DNA from: an uncultured archaeon | GTDB taxonomy: Archaea > Iainarchaeota > Iainarchaeia > Iainarchaeales > GCA-2688035 | Length of the DNA: 64,000 nt | NCBI GenBank assembly: GCA_964640195.1 | Contig: CAZXIC010000004.1 | Location: 22,435-86,434 of the forward strand | Reading direction: 5' to 3' | Shown: positions 33,353 to 42,526 of the stretch, piece after piece | Layout of the letters: every line of letters begins with the position of its first letter | Position numbering within the stretch: position 1 is the first letter of the stretch | Program-made: the position numbers and the translations under genes | Notes under the pieces: model-generated | What the model saw: only the letters and a program-made list of their open reading frames with translations | What the model was told of the DNA's origin: nothing | Databases searched by the model: none

Positions 33353-35412
33353 GCCTGAATTGGAACCTGCACCGGTTTTGTTGCGCCGTCCGTATCCTTG
33401 TTTCTTTCCAGGACATACAGGTTTGCGGATGCAGCCTTCCTCATCTCACTGTCGTGGGTTATTACAAAAATCTGTTCAACCATCTGCGGCAAATGCTGCT
33501 GGAACATGCTGCTTAAGGCGCTCACAGCGCTGCTGTCCAGGTTGTGCGTTGGTTCATCCAAAATCAGCCAGCCAAGGTTCTGCGTCAGGACAAGGGAGAA
33601 CGCTATCCTGATGCAGATTGCTGCCGCGCTTCTTTCGCCGCCGCTTAAAATTCCTTCAACCCTCTGCCAGCCGCCTGCCCTTGTCTTAACCTTCAACTCG
33701 TAGCTTCCTTCCTCCACGTGCATTTTTGCCGCCACAAAGTCCCTGTAGGGGTAAATCCCCTGCCAGATGCTTTCCATTGCCTGGTTGATTGTTTCAACCA
33801 TGGTCAAGCGCAGCTCGCTCTGCGTTGCCTGCAGCGAATTGTTGAAACAGAGGAGCTGGGCAACGCTGTTTTCAATTCTTTCAACTTTCCCCTCGGCATC
33901 CTGCAGCTGTTCTTTTGTCTTCGTTATTTTCAGCAGCCTTTCCCTCAGCTCCTTAACCAGTTCGCTGTTTGCTGCAATGCTTTTTCTGCTGCTTTCAATT
34001 GCAGCCTTTTCCTCAACCGCAGCCCTTCTTTTCGCCTGCAGCGCTTTTTCATCAAAGCTGAGGGCATGCAGCCGGCGTTCAGTTTTGTCTGCTTCTGTTA
34101 AAAGCAGTCCAAGCTGCCTTTCCTTTTCAGCCAGCAGTGCAATTTTTTCGCCCAAATGCTTTAACTCAATCCCGGCTGCCCAGAGCTTTTCTTTTTCAGC
34201 TGCTGTTTTTTCAGTTTTTTCCCTGGTTTGCTCCAATTTTTCTTCAATCCCTTCCATTTGCTTCTCAGCCTTTTCCCTGTCCAGAGCGAGCTTTCTCTGC
34301 CCTGCCTTGTTTTCATCTATCAGCTGTTCCCTTGTCTTTTCCTCAAGTTTCCTCCTGCAGACAGGGCAAACAGCTTTAATTCCCTGCAGCTGCAGCAGGT
34401 GTTCTCGCAGCTCATGTTCCTTCCCATCTGCAACAGCGATTGCTTTCTCTGTTTCACTCAGCTCTCTTTCTTTTTTCTTTTCCAGCGCCTGCGCTTCCTT
34501 CAATTCCTTTTCCTTTTTCTGCAGCAGTTCCCCCAGCTCCTTTTTCTCAGCCTCCAACCCAGCCTCTGTTTTGCCCTTTGATTCTTTCCTTGTTTCCCCA
34601 ATCGCCTTCTGCAGTTCCTCGATTTTTGCCCTGCTTTTGACAAGCAAGTCATGCAGGGAATTGAATTCCTGTTCCCTTTTCTCCAGTTCAGTAGCCTCTT
34701 TTTCCAAAAGCTGTGCAGCCTTCTCTTTCTCCTTTATCTTTTCCAGCAGTTCCTGGCTCTCAAGCTCCTTTTGCTCAGCCCTCTTGTGCAAATCCTTCTC
34801 CTCTTCCGGCAGCAGCATGCCCCTCTGCTGCTGCAGCCACTGCCTCTTGTCCCTTGCAGTGCCCCGTAGCCTGTTTGCAACACTTACCGCATTCGCCCTG
34901 ACTGTTTCATACTTCCTCAAGTCAAGCAGCTCGTCAAAGCGCTGCTTCCTGTCTCTTGGTGAGAGGCGCAGAAAGTAGTCTATTTCATTCTGCTCAGAGT
35001 AAACCGCCCTGCTGAAAAGGTTGTAGCCTATTTCAATCGCCCGCTCAACAGCCTTGTTCACGTCGCTTGGCTTCGGGCCTGCAACAAGTTTCCCTTCACA
35101 GTACAGCTTTGCTTCCGAGCTGCCGTGCCTCTTGATTGTTCTCTCAACCCTGTACTGCTTGTCAGCATAGTCAAACAGCAGCTGCACCGCAGCATCAGAT
35201 GCCTCATTCGGCCTGCTCTGAATCACTTCTTCCAGTGAAATTCTCCTTGCCTGCAGCCCTGGGAATGTGCCGAACAGGGCAAAGCAGACCGCGTCCATGA
35301 CGCAGCTTTTGCCGCTTCCCATCCGCCCGACAAGAACGTTTGTGCCCTTGCCAAACTCGAACGTGCTGTCTGCATGAGTCTTCCAGTTATGCAGCATTAC
35401 GCTGGAAATCAA
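33349..35412 (-). CDS. rad50: Rad50-like SMC ATPase (short, 687 aa)
   Basis: GRMGSGKS, CPVC zinc hook, LSGGE, LILDEPTHNLD, ITHD. Confidence 0.88.
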   Translation of the reverse strand: MISSVMLHNWKTHADSTFEFGKGTNVLVGRMGSGKSCVMDAVCFALFGTFPGLQARRISLEEVIQSRPNEASDAAVQLLFDYADKQYRVERTIKRHGSSEAKLYCEGKLVAGPKPSDVNKAVERAIEIGYNLFSRAVYSEQNEIDYFLRLSPRDRKQRFDELLDLRKYETVRANAVSVANRLRGTARDKRQWLQQQRGMLLPEEEKDLHKRAEQKELESQELLEKIKEKEKAAQLLEKEATELEKREQEFNSLHDLLVKSRAKIEELQKAIGETRKESKGKTEAGLEAEKKELGELLQKKEKELKEAQALEKKKERELSETEKAIAVADGKEHELREHLLQLQGIKAVCPVCRRKLEEKTREQLIDENKAGQRKLALDREKAEKQMEGIEEKLEQTREKTEKTAAEKEKLWAAGIELKHLGEKIALLAEKERQLGLLLTEADKTERRLHALSFDEKALQAKRRAAVEEKAAIESSRKSIAANSELVKELRERLLKITKTKEQLQDAEGKVERIENSVAQLLCFNNSLQATQSELRLTMVETINQAMESIWQGIYPYRDFVAAKMHVEEGSYELKVKTRAGGWQRVEGILSGGERSAAAICIRIAFSLVLTQNLGWLILDEPTHNLDSSAVSALSSMFQQHLPQMVEQIFVITHDSEMRKAASANLYVLERNKDTDGATKPVQVPIQA

Positions 35413-35501
35413 AATGCAACCCCAAAAAGTATTTGCACGAAAAGAAGTTAAATGTCTTTTATTCCAGTTAAGCCTGGCACAGCAGGCTCTAAAACCGCCG
35501 C

Positions 35502-35765
35502 TTAAACCAGCGTCATTTCCTGCATTTCGGCGTCCTCTACAAGAGGCAGGGAGTTCAGCTCTTTTGAAAGCATTTCAACAGCCCTGTCGTCCTTTTCAGG
35601 GACAGTGAAAGCCGCCTTTATCACCTCAACGCCAAAGCCGATTGGTATTTTCTTCGCGTCCCTGAATTGGCCGCTTCGCACGCCCCTGAGGCTTTCAATG
35701 GTTTCGTCAATCTTCCCCATGTCAGCAGCGTTTATTTTATAGATTACCACTGTTTTGCCCATCAA
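35502..35765 (-). CDS. ef1b: Elongation factor 1-beta
   Basis: PIGFGVEVI motif; follows the Zn-finger gene as in other archaea. Confidence 0.85.
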   Translation of the reverse strand: MMGKTVVIYKINAADMGKIDETIESLRGVRSGQFRDAKKIPIGFGVEVIKAAFTVPEKDDRAVEMLSKELNSLPLVEDAEMQEMTLV

Positions 35766-35797
35766 AGGTCACCAGAAAACCAGTTTATTTTCCTCAT

Positions 35798-35953
35798 TCA
35801 CGGCCCTTCGAACCCGCATTCAGGGCACCTGTATGCCTTTGCCGTGCGCCTGCACGCCTGGCACCTGACTATGGCTGACTTCCCGCATTTGGGGCACCTG
35901 AATTCCACATAGCCGCCAGCAACTTCCTTGTTGCAGGTGCTGCAAACCTTCAC
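35798..35953 (-). CDS. Double zinc-ribbon protein (DUF1610-like), absent from ORF track
   Basis: CSTC...FRCPKCG...RCQACR...YRCPECGFEGP; GTG start. Confidence 0.9.
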   Translation of the reverse strand: MKVCSTCNKEVAGGYVEFRCPKCGKSAIVRCQACRRTAKAYRCPECGFEGP

Positions 35954-36035
35954 GCCGAATCACCAGAAAACTCCAAAAAAAGGATTCCCTGAACCAAATA
36001 ATCTTGTAAGAGGATTCCTTAAAAAAGGCTACTGT

Positions 36036-36416
36036 TTATTTTTTCGGTCCAAGGGTTCTTGCAATAAACTGTGCAAAAAAAAGGTTTCTGTCAAAAGGTT
36101 GTCCTGCGGCCTCAGCCTTGTCTTCTGCCCGCAGTTCTAGTTCACTGATGTCAAACTGCTTTGCAAGCTGGTCGTAGGCCTTCAAAAAAACTTGCTTTGG
36201 GTTTCTGTACCCCGCTCTTTCACATGCTGTGCAAAAAAAAGGCATTTGGGCTGCTTCTGAAGCCATCTTCTCTACAGATGAAATTACGTTTTCCGGTCTT
36301 TTGACTTTTCTTTTGCGGGATCCCTGTTGAGCCACTGTCTCTAGCTGGGGTTGAGTTTTTTTCTTTCTCTTAAAAAGCCCGATTAGAGAAAATCGCCCGC
36401 TACTTGGTTTTTTCAT
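36036..36416 (-). CDS. Basic orphan protein
   Basis: K/R-rich N-terminus, single CxxC. Confidence 0.55.
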   Translation of the reverse strand: MKKPSSGRFSLIGLFKRKKKTQPQLETVAQQGSRKRKVKRPENVISSVEKMASEAAQMPFFCTACERAGYRNPKQVFLKAYDQLAKQFDISELELRAEDKAEAAGQPFDRNLFFAQFIARTLGPKK

Positions 36417-36488
36417 TTTGCAAAACCCCGTCTAATATATTCACTATTTCGCATCCTTTTAAACCTTTGCGCAGCAATTAGTTTTTTG

Positions 36489-36563
36489 GGACCCGTAGGC
36501 TAGTCTGGATGAGACTGCCCGGCTTCGGACCGGGTGACGGGGGTTCAAATCCCTCCGGGTCCG
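36489..36563 (+). tRNA. tRNA-Arg(TCG), intronless
   Basis: GGACCCG/CGGGTCC, CCCGG-CT TCG GA-CCGGG, GGTTCAAATCC; TTTTAAA upstream. Confidence 0.92.
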
Positions 36564-36651
36564 CTACGCGGCGAAATCCGCGTGTGATTTAATGGCATAC
36601 GAAGTATGCCATGTGCTCGCCCTTTTGGGCTCGCACTTGAAGGGCGGTTGG

Positions 36652-37068
36652 ATGAAGCTGGTTAGTGCTTGCCTGGCTGGAATGAATGTATGGCACGATG
36701 GGAGCAACAGGGCAAACCGGAAAATAATTGAACTGGTTAAGGCAGGGAAAGCGATTCCTGTCTGCCCGGAGCTTCGGGCTGGGTTTGGCATACCGAGGGA
36801 AAAGATGGAAATCAAGGGTGGCAGGGTTTTCACTGAAAGCGGCAGGGATGTAACAGAGCAGGTGCGGAAGGGAGCGCAGGAAGTGCTGCACATAGCAAAG
36901 CTTTTTGGCGTTAAAGAGGCAATACTCAAAAGCAAGAGCCCGAGCTGCGGCAAGGGAAAGGTTTACGACGGCTCTTTCTCCGGAAAGCTGGTTGAGGGAA
37001 ATGGTTTAACAGCGGAACTGCTGCTGCGGAACGGGATAAAGGTTTTAACTGAAGGCGACCTGGAATGA
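36652..37068 (+). CDS. DUF523 (2-thiouracil desulfurase family) protein
   Basis: LVSACLAG, PVCPE, ILKSKSPSCG, GNGLTA. Confidence 0.92.
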   Translation: MKLVSACLAGMNVWHDGSNRANRKIIELVKAGKAIPVCPELRAGFGIPREKMEIKGGRVFTESGRDVTEQVRKGAQEVLHIAKLFGVKEAILKSKSPSCGKGKVYDGSFSGKLVEGNGLTAELLLRNGIKVLTEGDLE

Positions 37069-37640
37069 GGCAGGGCAAGATTGTGGAAGAGTTTGATGTA
37101 AAGAACAAGAGCGGGGAAAAGCTGCGCGTTGTTTTCAGGCATCCGAGCAAGAAAGATGCCAGGCATATGCTGCGTCTGGTTAACAGCGCGAGGGACGAAG
37201 CAGAGTACCTTGGAATGCGGCACCATGAAACAATGCGCACCGAGCGGGAATTCATTGCAAAGCAGCTTGAAAACATGAAAAAGAAGAGAGGCATTTGCCT
37301 GTTCGTTGAGGTAAACGGCGAGCTTGCTGGAAACTCAGTGATTCGGCCACTTGAGTTTGATGTCTCTCCCCACGTTGGTCACTTCGGGATAATGCTACAC
37401 GAGAACTTCACCGGCATCGGCATAGGAACAAGGCTGATGCGCAAAATGCTGCAGCTTGCAAGGACAGAAACAGGGTTCAAGGTGATTGAAAGCGGTTATG
37501 CTGCAAAGAACCGGAGAAGCGTGAAACTGCACAGGAGATTTGGATTCAGGCGCTACGGCAGGTTTCCAAAAGAATTGCAGTTGAGAGACGGCACATACTG
37601 CGACCACGTGTACGTTTGCAAGACTATCAAGAAGCTCTGA
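37065..37640 (+). CDS. GNAT acetyltransferase
   Basis: FTGIGIGTRLM, NRRSVKLHRRFGF. Confidence 0.9.
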   Translation: MRQGKIVEEFDVKNKSGEKLRVVFRHPSKKDARHMLRLVNSARDEAEYLGMRHHETMRTEREFIAKQLENMKKKRGICLFVEVNGELAGNSVIRPLEFDVSPHVGHFGIMLHENFTGIGIGTRLMRKMLQLARTETGFKVIESGYAAKNRRSVKLHRRFGFRRYGRFPKELQLRDGTYCDHVYVCKTIKKL

Positions 37641-39023
37641 TTAAAGGAATTCCTCTTCCCCTTTCAGGTAGCCTGTCAGAAAGCTTGCGAATTCCTTGTT
37701 TTGCTTGAACAATTGAACAATCTTTTCTTCCTGCACTATCCTGCACAGCTTGTTTATTGCCTTCCTCAGCAGTTGTTTTTCAACCCTTTTCTCTTTCCGG
37801 AGGAAGTCCTGCAGAAAGCGCTCAACCTTTGTGTATTTCCTCGGCACCTCAATGACCCACCTGCCTGCCTCAATCCTCGGTCCAGCAAGAACTCTCTTGT
37901 GCGCCTGCAGGAATTCTCTGCTGTTTAACTCATCTGTTACAAAGGGCCCGACCTTCTTCATTGTTTTCTGCAGTGTCCTGCCTTCCACCTCAAAAACAAG
38001 CACTATTGCCCGCTTTTCATCTGTCCAGGCCTCGCTTCTTGTTACCTTGAATTCGCGTAGCTGCAGCTGCTTTTCAATTTTCCTCGCAAGGCGCTGTGCC
38101 TGCCCCCACACAATGTCTGCAAGCGCCTCCTTTGGATAGCCGAGCTTCACTGCAACCAGCTCTTTTTTCTGCAGCATTTTCCTCAACCTTGCAACGTTCC
38201 AGGGCCTTTCCTTGCGCGGGAAAAAGAACCTTTCATCAGGCTTTCTGAGGAATGCCCTGGCTGCAGCAACAATCCTTGAGAACTGGTTCAGTGAAAGCGC
38301 AGCTGCAACATTTCTGTTTTTGTCCACTGGGTCAACCACAACAAGCGGTGCGTCGTGGAAGCGTTTCCTTGCCTCTCCCTCCTTGTAGTAGCGCTGCAAA
38401 TCAATTACCGTGCCCTGCTTCCAGCTTGCGATTGCTTTAAGCGAATTTAGGAAAGAGCCATAGTGCAAAACAAGCAGTTCAACCACGTAGCCTGGAACGC
38501 TGCTCGCCTTGATGTCTGCACCATATGCCTTTATCCCCTTAAAAAACTGCCTCAGCAGCCTTATCTCAGCTCTGCTCTTTGCATTAAGTCTTTCTTGGAG
38601 AAAGCGGTTGTGGAAAGGGCTTCTGTCCACAGCGCTGAGCAGCAGCCCTGCCCTGCCTACCTTGTAGCTCGGCACTATTTCAACGTCAAACCCCTCGATT
38701 ACGCCCCTGATGTAAGGGTGCTCTGAGAAGGCTTTCTCCCACTGCATGCCCCTAAAAACCCTCTTGCCAATCCTCAGCCCTTCCCTTTCAAACTCTTTTC
38801 TTTCAAGTTTTTGCGGGAATAGGACGAATATGTCCAAGTCGTTGTCGCCCCTCAAATGCGTATCCCTGGCAATGCTCCCGCAAAGCAGCACTTCAACGTG
38901 CTTTCCCCCGCTTTCCCTTATCTGCCTGATTATTTTTGCAGCCAACTGCCTTTCCTTTCCTTTCTCCTTTTCACTTGGTGTAATCCTTGCAAGAATAATG
39001 TCAAGCATTTTTTGCACGGGCAC
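37641..39023 (-). CDS. cca: Class I CCA-adding enzyme
   Basis: GSIARDTHLRGDNDLDIF, EHPY, SAVDRSPFH, DPVDKNRNVAAA. Confidence 0.97.
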   Translation of the reverse strand: MPVQKMLDIILARITPSEKEKGKERQLAAKIIRQIRESGGKHVEVLLCGSIARDTHLRGDNDLDIFVLFPQKLERKEFEREGLRIGKRVFRGMQWEKAFSEHPYIRGVIEGFDVEIVPSYKVGRAGLLLSAVDRSPFHNRFLQERLNAKSRAEIRLLRQFFKGIKAYGADIKASSVPGYVVELLVLHYGSFLNSLKAIASWKQGTVIDLQRYYKEGEARKRFHDAPLVVVDPVDKNRNVAAALSLNQFSRIVAAARAFLRKPDERFFFPRKERPWNVARLRKMLQKKELVAVKLGYPKEALADIVWGQAQRLARKIEKQLQLREFKVTRSEAWTDEKRAIVLVFEVEGRTLQKTMKKVGPFVTDELNSREFLQAHKRVLAGPRIEAGRWVIEVPRKYTKVERFLQDFLRKEKRVEKQLLRKAINKLCRIVQEEKIVQLFKQNKEFASFLTGYLKGEEEFL

Positions 39024-39085
39024 TCACCTACTATTAGGTGGGAATTATTATATATGATTTAACGTTTTATATATTACGACCTACT

Positions 39086-40636
39086 GTGCCAGAGGAAAAG
39101 GAGCTGAAGGGCAAACTGCTGCAGAGCAGCAACAGCAACAGGGTTTTCGAGGCATTCCCCTACAACCTGTACGAGATTGTGCCTAAAAAATTCAGTGAGG
39201 AAGAGAGGCAGCTCGCCCAACTGTTTATAGACGTAATCCTGCGCAGGAGGGGCATCAGTGCATTGGCTGCGCGGCTTCCCGGAAAAAGCAAGCTGGTTGA
39301 GGAATTCAGGAAAGAGGTAATACAGGCTGTTGACGTAAACGAGCTGGTGCAAAAGCTGCCAAGCCCGCATCTCTTTACCCAGATTCTGCAAACCTTTGAA
39401 CCAATTGCAAAGGAGCTTGGCGTAAGCAACCCCAAGCGCTTTGCTTCCTTTGTCCTGGACAGGAGCGTTGGCTACAGGGAGCTCTCTGAGCTGATGGCAG
39501 ACGAAGCCCTGGAGGAAATAATGCTCAATGGCTTTGACAGAAACGCGTTTGTTACGCACAGGCGCTTTGGAAACTGCAAAACAGGGCTGGTTGCATCAGA
39601 GAGGGGCTTTGTTCTGCAGTTGATTAACAGGATTGCTGCAACAGCCAACAAGCAGTTCAACGAAGCCCATCCATTGCTTGATGCAAGGCTGCCTGACGGA
39701 AGCAGGGCAAACGCCACTTTTTCCTATGTAACGCCCTTTGGCCATACGCTCACAATCAGGAAGTTTACAAGGATTCCCCTTTCAATAATTGATTTGATTG
39801 AGAACAGGACAATTTCAAGCAAGCTTGCTGCCTTTCTCTGGTGCATGGTTGAGGGCATGTCAATCTATCCGATGAATTTGATTATAACTGGTGGTGCGGG
39901 CAGCGGGAAAACAACGCTGATGAACATCCTTGCGTCGTTCATTCCTTACAATGAAAGGATAATTTCAATAGAGGACACGATTGAGCTTGACTTGGGCGGG
40001 AGGGAAAACTGGATTCAGATGGAATCAAAGCCCAAAATACGCGACCTGCAGCCAGTGAGCATGGATGAGCTGCTTAAAAACAGCCTGAGGATGCGGCCTG
40101 ACAGGATCCTTGTTGGCGAGGTCAGGGGCGAGGAAGCGCAAACGCTTTTTGTTGCAATGGACACAGGGCACAGGGGCATTCTTGGAACGCTGCACAGCAA
40201 TACTGCAAGAGAAATGATGCTCAGGCTCAAAAGCCCGCCCATGAGCGTTGCAGAGCAAATGCTGCCCCTGCTTGATTTGGTTGTCGTGATGCAGAGGAAC
40301 TTTGAGAAAGGAAAAGGCGTTGTAAGGAGGATCAAGCAGGTTGCAGAGATTGGCAGGATGGAGGAAAAGGTGCTGCTTGGCAACATATTTGAGTACAGCG
40401 AGAAAACCGACAGCATTGAGAGGGCTGACTTGCCGAGCCATGCAGTTGAAACACTGGCTGCGCGGTGCGGGATGGGAAAGAATGAACTGAGGAGGGAAAT
40501 GCTTGTAAGGCAAAGAATCCTCGAGTGGATGCAGCTGAACAACATGAGGGAAAACAAGAAAGTTGAAACCCTCATTCAGCGCTACTATTTTGACCCAAAG
40601 GCTCTTTTGCAGATGATTGCGCGGAACTCTGGGTGA
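39086..40636 (+). CDS. Stand-alone CpaF/VirB11-family secretion/pilus ATPase
   Basis: DARLPDGSRAN, GGAGSGKTT, IEDT, LRMRPDRILVGEVRG. Confidence 0.93.
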   Translation: MPEEKELKGKLLQSSNSNRVFEAFPYNLYEIVPKKFSEEERQLAQLFIDVILRRRGISALAARLPGKSKLVEEFRKEVIQAVDVNELVQKLPSPHLFTQILQTFEPIAKELGVSNPKRFASFVLDRSVGYRELSELMADEALEEIMLNGFDRNAFVTHRRFGNCKTGLVASERGFVLQLINRIAATANKQFNEAHPLLDARLPDGSRANATFSYVTPFGHTLTIRKFTRIPLSIIDLIENRTISSKLAAFLWCMVEGMSIYPMNLIITGGAGSGKTTLMNILASFIPYNERIISIEDTIELDLGGRENWIQMESKPKIRDLQPVSMDELLKNSLRMRPDRILVGEVRGEEAQTLFVAMDTGHRGILGTLHSNTAREMMLRLKSPPMSVAEQMLPLLDLVVVMQRNFEKGKGVVRRIKQVAEIGRMEEKVLLGNIFEYSEKTDSIERADLPSHAVETLAARCGMGKNELRREMLVRQRILEWMQLNNMRENKKVETLIQRYYFDPKALLQMIARNSG

Positions 40637-41165
40637 GCTTAATGGAGAAAACCGTGCTGTACTTTGGCCCTGCCTTGTGCAGCAGCGACTGCATCAGCAG
40701 CACCCTTCCTACAAGGATTTTCCGGCTGAAGCCAACACAGCGCAGCCTCTCAACAAGCGCGCCTGTCTCCTGTTTACTTGCACCCCTGTTTCTTGCGAGG
40801 GTTACATGGGCGTGAAACCTTTCCTCATGCACGCCAATTGCCTGCTGCAATTTTTTATTCAGCAGATTGAATTCCTCGCTTCCCTTCCCAACGCCAATCC
40901 ACAACACCCTGCCCTTGAAATGCCCAATGCTGTTTAGCTCTGCTTCAAATGCAGTGAATTGCTCTAATTGCTTTGTTTGCTGCTGCAGTCTAGCAACGGC
41001 GTCTTTCGGCAGATAGCCGAGAAACTGCAGCGTCACGTGCAGGTTTTCAGGCAATACCTTCCGCCATCTCTCTTTTGGAATCAGGGGCAGCAACTTTTCC
41101 GCAATCTCTTCCTTCACCTTTTCCGGCAAATCCGCCGCAAAAAACAGCCGCAGGCTCTTATTCAT
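40572..41165 (-). CDS. thpR: RNA 2',3'-cyclic phosphodiesterase
   Basis: LRLFFA and two HxT motifs (NLHVTL, AHVTLAR). Confidence 0.93.
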   Translation of the reverse strand: MNKSLRLFFAADLPEKVKEEIAEKLLPLIPKERWRKVLPENLHVTLQFLGYLPKDAVARLQQQTKQLEQFTAFEAELNSIGHFKGRVLWIGVGKGSEEFNLLNKKLQQAIGVHEERFHAHVTLARNRGASKQETGALVERLRCVGFSRKILVGRVLLMQSLLHKAGPKYSTVFSIKLTQSSAQSSAKEPLGQNSSAE

Positions 41166-41181
41166 TCAAGGTCACGCCCCC

Positions 41182-41246
41182 AGCCGCAAACCCGGCTTGT
41201 GTTAATCGGATTCGCGAAGCGAATCCGATGTGCTCGCTTCGCTCGC
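41182..41246. repeat. Dispersed intergenic hairpin element, copy 1
   Basis: 31 bp identical to 46038-46068, then ATCGGATTCGC-GAA-GCGAATCCGAT hairpin and CTCGCTTCGCTCG. Confidence 0.88.
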
Positions 41247-41249
41247 GCC

Positions 41250-41855
41250 TCATTTCAACACCTGCCTGCATTCCCCTTCAAACCTGCGCAGCATTTCCTC
41301 ATTCTTGCGCATTTTGCTGTTTGCCTTTCCAACAATCCAGCGCAGGTAATCCTCATCAACCAAGATTTTTTCACCCTGCTTTACCGGCACCGACATTTCC
41401 TGTGTTCCCTGCAATTCAACCAAGAACTTTCCCCGCTTTGCAACTATTATGCCGCCCCTCTTCACGCCCCCTCTGCTCATTACGGCAAGTATTTTCCTCG
41501 CGTTTTCAAGCGTGTTGCAACCAAGGTGCAGGATAAACGGCTCCATTTTCATCCACAGCTCTCCCCTAGTTTTTTCACGTATTGCTTCTTTCACTTCCGC
41601 AAAACTCACCCTCCTGTGCCACCGCCTGTGAAAGCTTGCTTCCCTTTTGCTTTCCCCTTTCGGCAGCTGTATGAGCAGTATGCGCCCGGCGCATCCGCTT
41701 GAAGTGAAAAAGTTTTTTGTAGCTGCAACGAATTCGCACAGCGGCACAAGTTTTTCGTCGGCAAGGTTTTTTTCCACTGCTTCTGCAAACGTTTTCCTGT
41801 GCCTTGCTTTCACCATCCTGAAGCGCTTTTTGCCTACAAGCTTACTTTTTCCCAT
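41250..41855 (-). CDS. taw3: tRNA wyosine methyltransferase Taw3/TYW3
   Basis: FTSSGCAGRI, EPFILH, LVELQGT. Confidence 0.88.
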   Translation of the reverse strand: MGKSKLVGKKRFRMVKARHRKTFAEAVEKNLADEKLVPLCEFVAATKNFFTSSGCAGRILLIQLPKGESKREASFHRRWHRRVSFAEVKEAIREKTRGELWMKMEPFILHLGCNTLENARKILAVMSRGGVKRGGIIVAKRGKFLVELQGTQEMSVPVKQGEKILVDEDYLRWIVGKANSKMRKNEEMLRRFEGECRQVLK

Positions 41856-42475
41856 TTCAGTTCCCCGCCCAGTTCAAGTAACAATGCCTTGCCCAGTTTT
41901 ACTGCCCCGACATTGATGCACAGCGTTTTCCCCAGCTTTTCCTCGCCCACGCCTTCATGGCAGTGACCGCACAGGTGCAGCGCCGGCTCATACATTTCAA
42001 TTATTTCCCTTACTGCCCTGCTTCCAATGTGCTTTCCGCTGCTTGCTGTGTCAACAACTGTGCCGTAAGGCGGCAGGTGCGTCAAAAGGATTACGTTTCG
42101 CCTGCCTTTGAGAAGCTTTTCCAGCATTTCGCCAATTTCTTTTTCGCTGAGCAAAAACCTGCCAGGGTCGCCTTGTATGCCTCCACCAAGCCCTGCCAAT
42201 GTCCATTTCCCAAGAATGTACGTTTTGCCGTGCAGCGAAATCCCCTGCCTCTCCATCTCCTCCTGCACTGCCTCCGATTCAAGGTTTCCTGCAAAGCCAA
42301 GGACTTTCCACTGTTTCAGTTCTTCTATCACTTCCCTTGCCTGCGGGGCTCCGCCGAAATTGGTCAAATCGCCCAGAAGCAGAACCAACCCAATCTTATT
42401 ATGTATAAGTTTTTCTTTTATTGCCCTGAGGCTCTGCAAATCGCTGTGGATATCGCTCAAAACCAGTGCAAGCAT
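41834..42475 (-). CDS. Metallophosphoesterase (calcineurin-like)
   Basis: SDIH, GDLT, GNLE, THLPP, CGHCHE. Confidence 0.92.
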   Translation of the reverse strand: MLALVLSDIHSDLQSLRAIKEKLIHNKIGLVLLLGDLTNFGGAPQAREVIEELKQWKVLGFAGNLESEAVQEEMERQGISLHGKTYILGKWTLAGLGGGIQGDPGRFLLSEKEIGEMLEKLLKGRRNVILLTHLPPYGTVVDTASSGKHIGSRAVREIIEMYEPALHLCGHCHEGVGEEKLGKTLCINVGAVKLGKALLLELGGELKWEKVSL

Positions 42476-42526
42476 TAAGAAAACCTTTTTAATTTTCTGT
42501 GGACCATTAATATAAGGGGCTGGGAA

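Noticed and set aside
35971-36018. AGGATTCC direct repeat 40 nt apart upstream of the Zn-finger gene
   Set aside because: An 8-mer pair could be chance and has no other support.
36565-36584. Hairpin ACGCGG-CGAAAT-CCGCGT after tRNA-Arg as a mobile element end
   Set aside because: Single short stem, no tRNA 3' duplication or integrase; more likely a trailer structure.
41834-42475. Metallophosphoesterase as the missing Mre11
   Set aside because: Only 213 aa, no capping or C-terminal domains, GNLE instead of GNHD; fits a generic Icc-like family.
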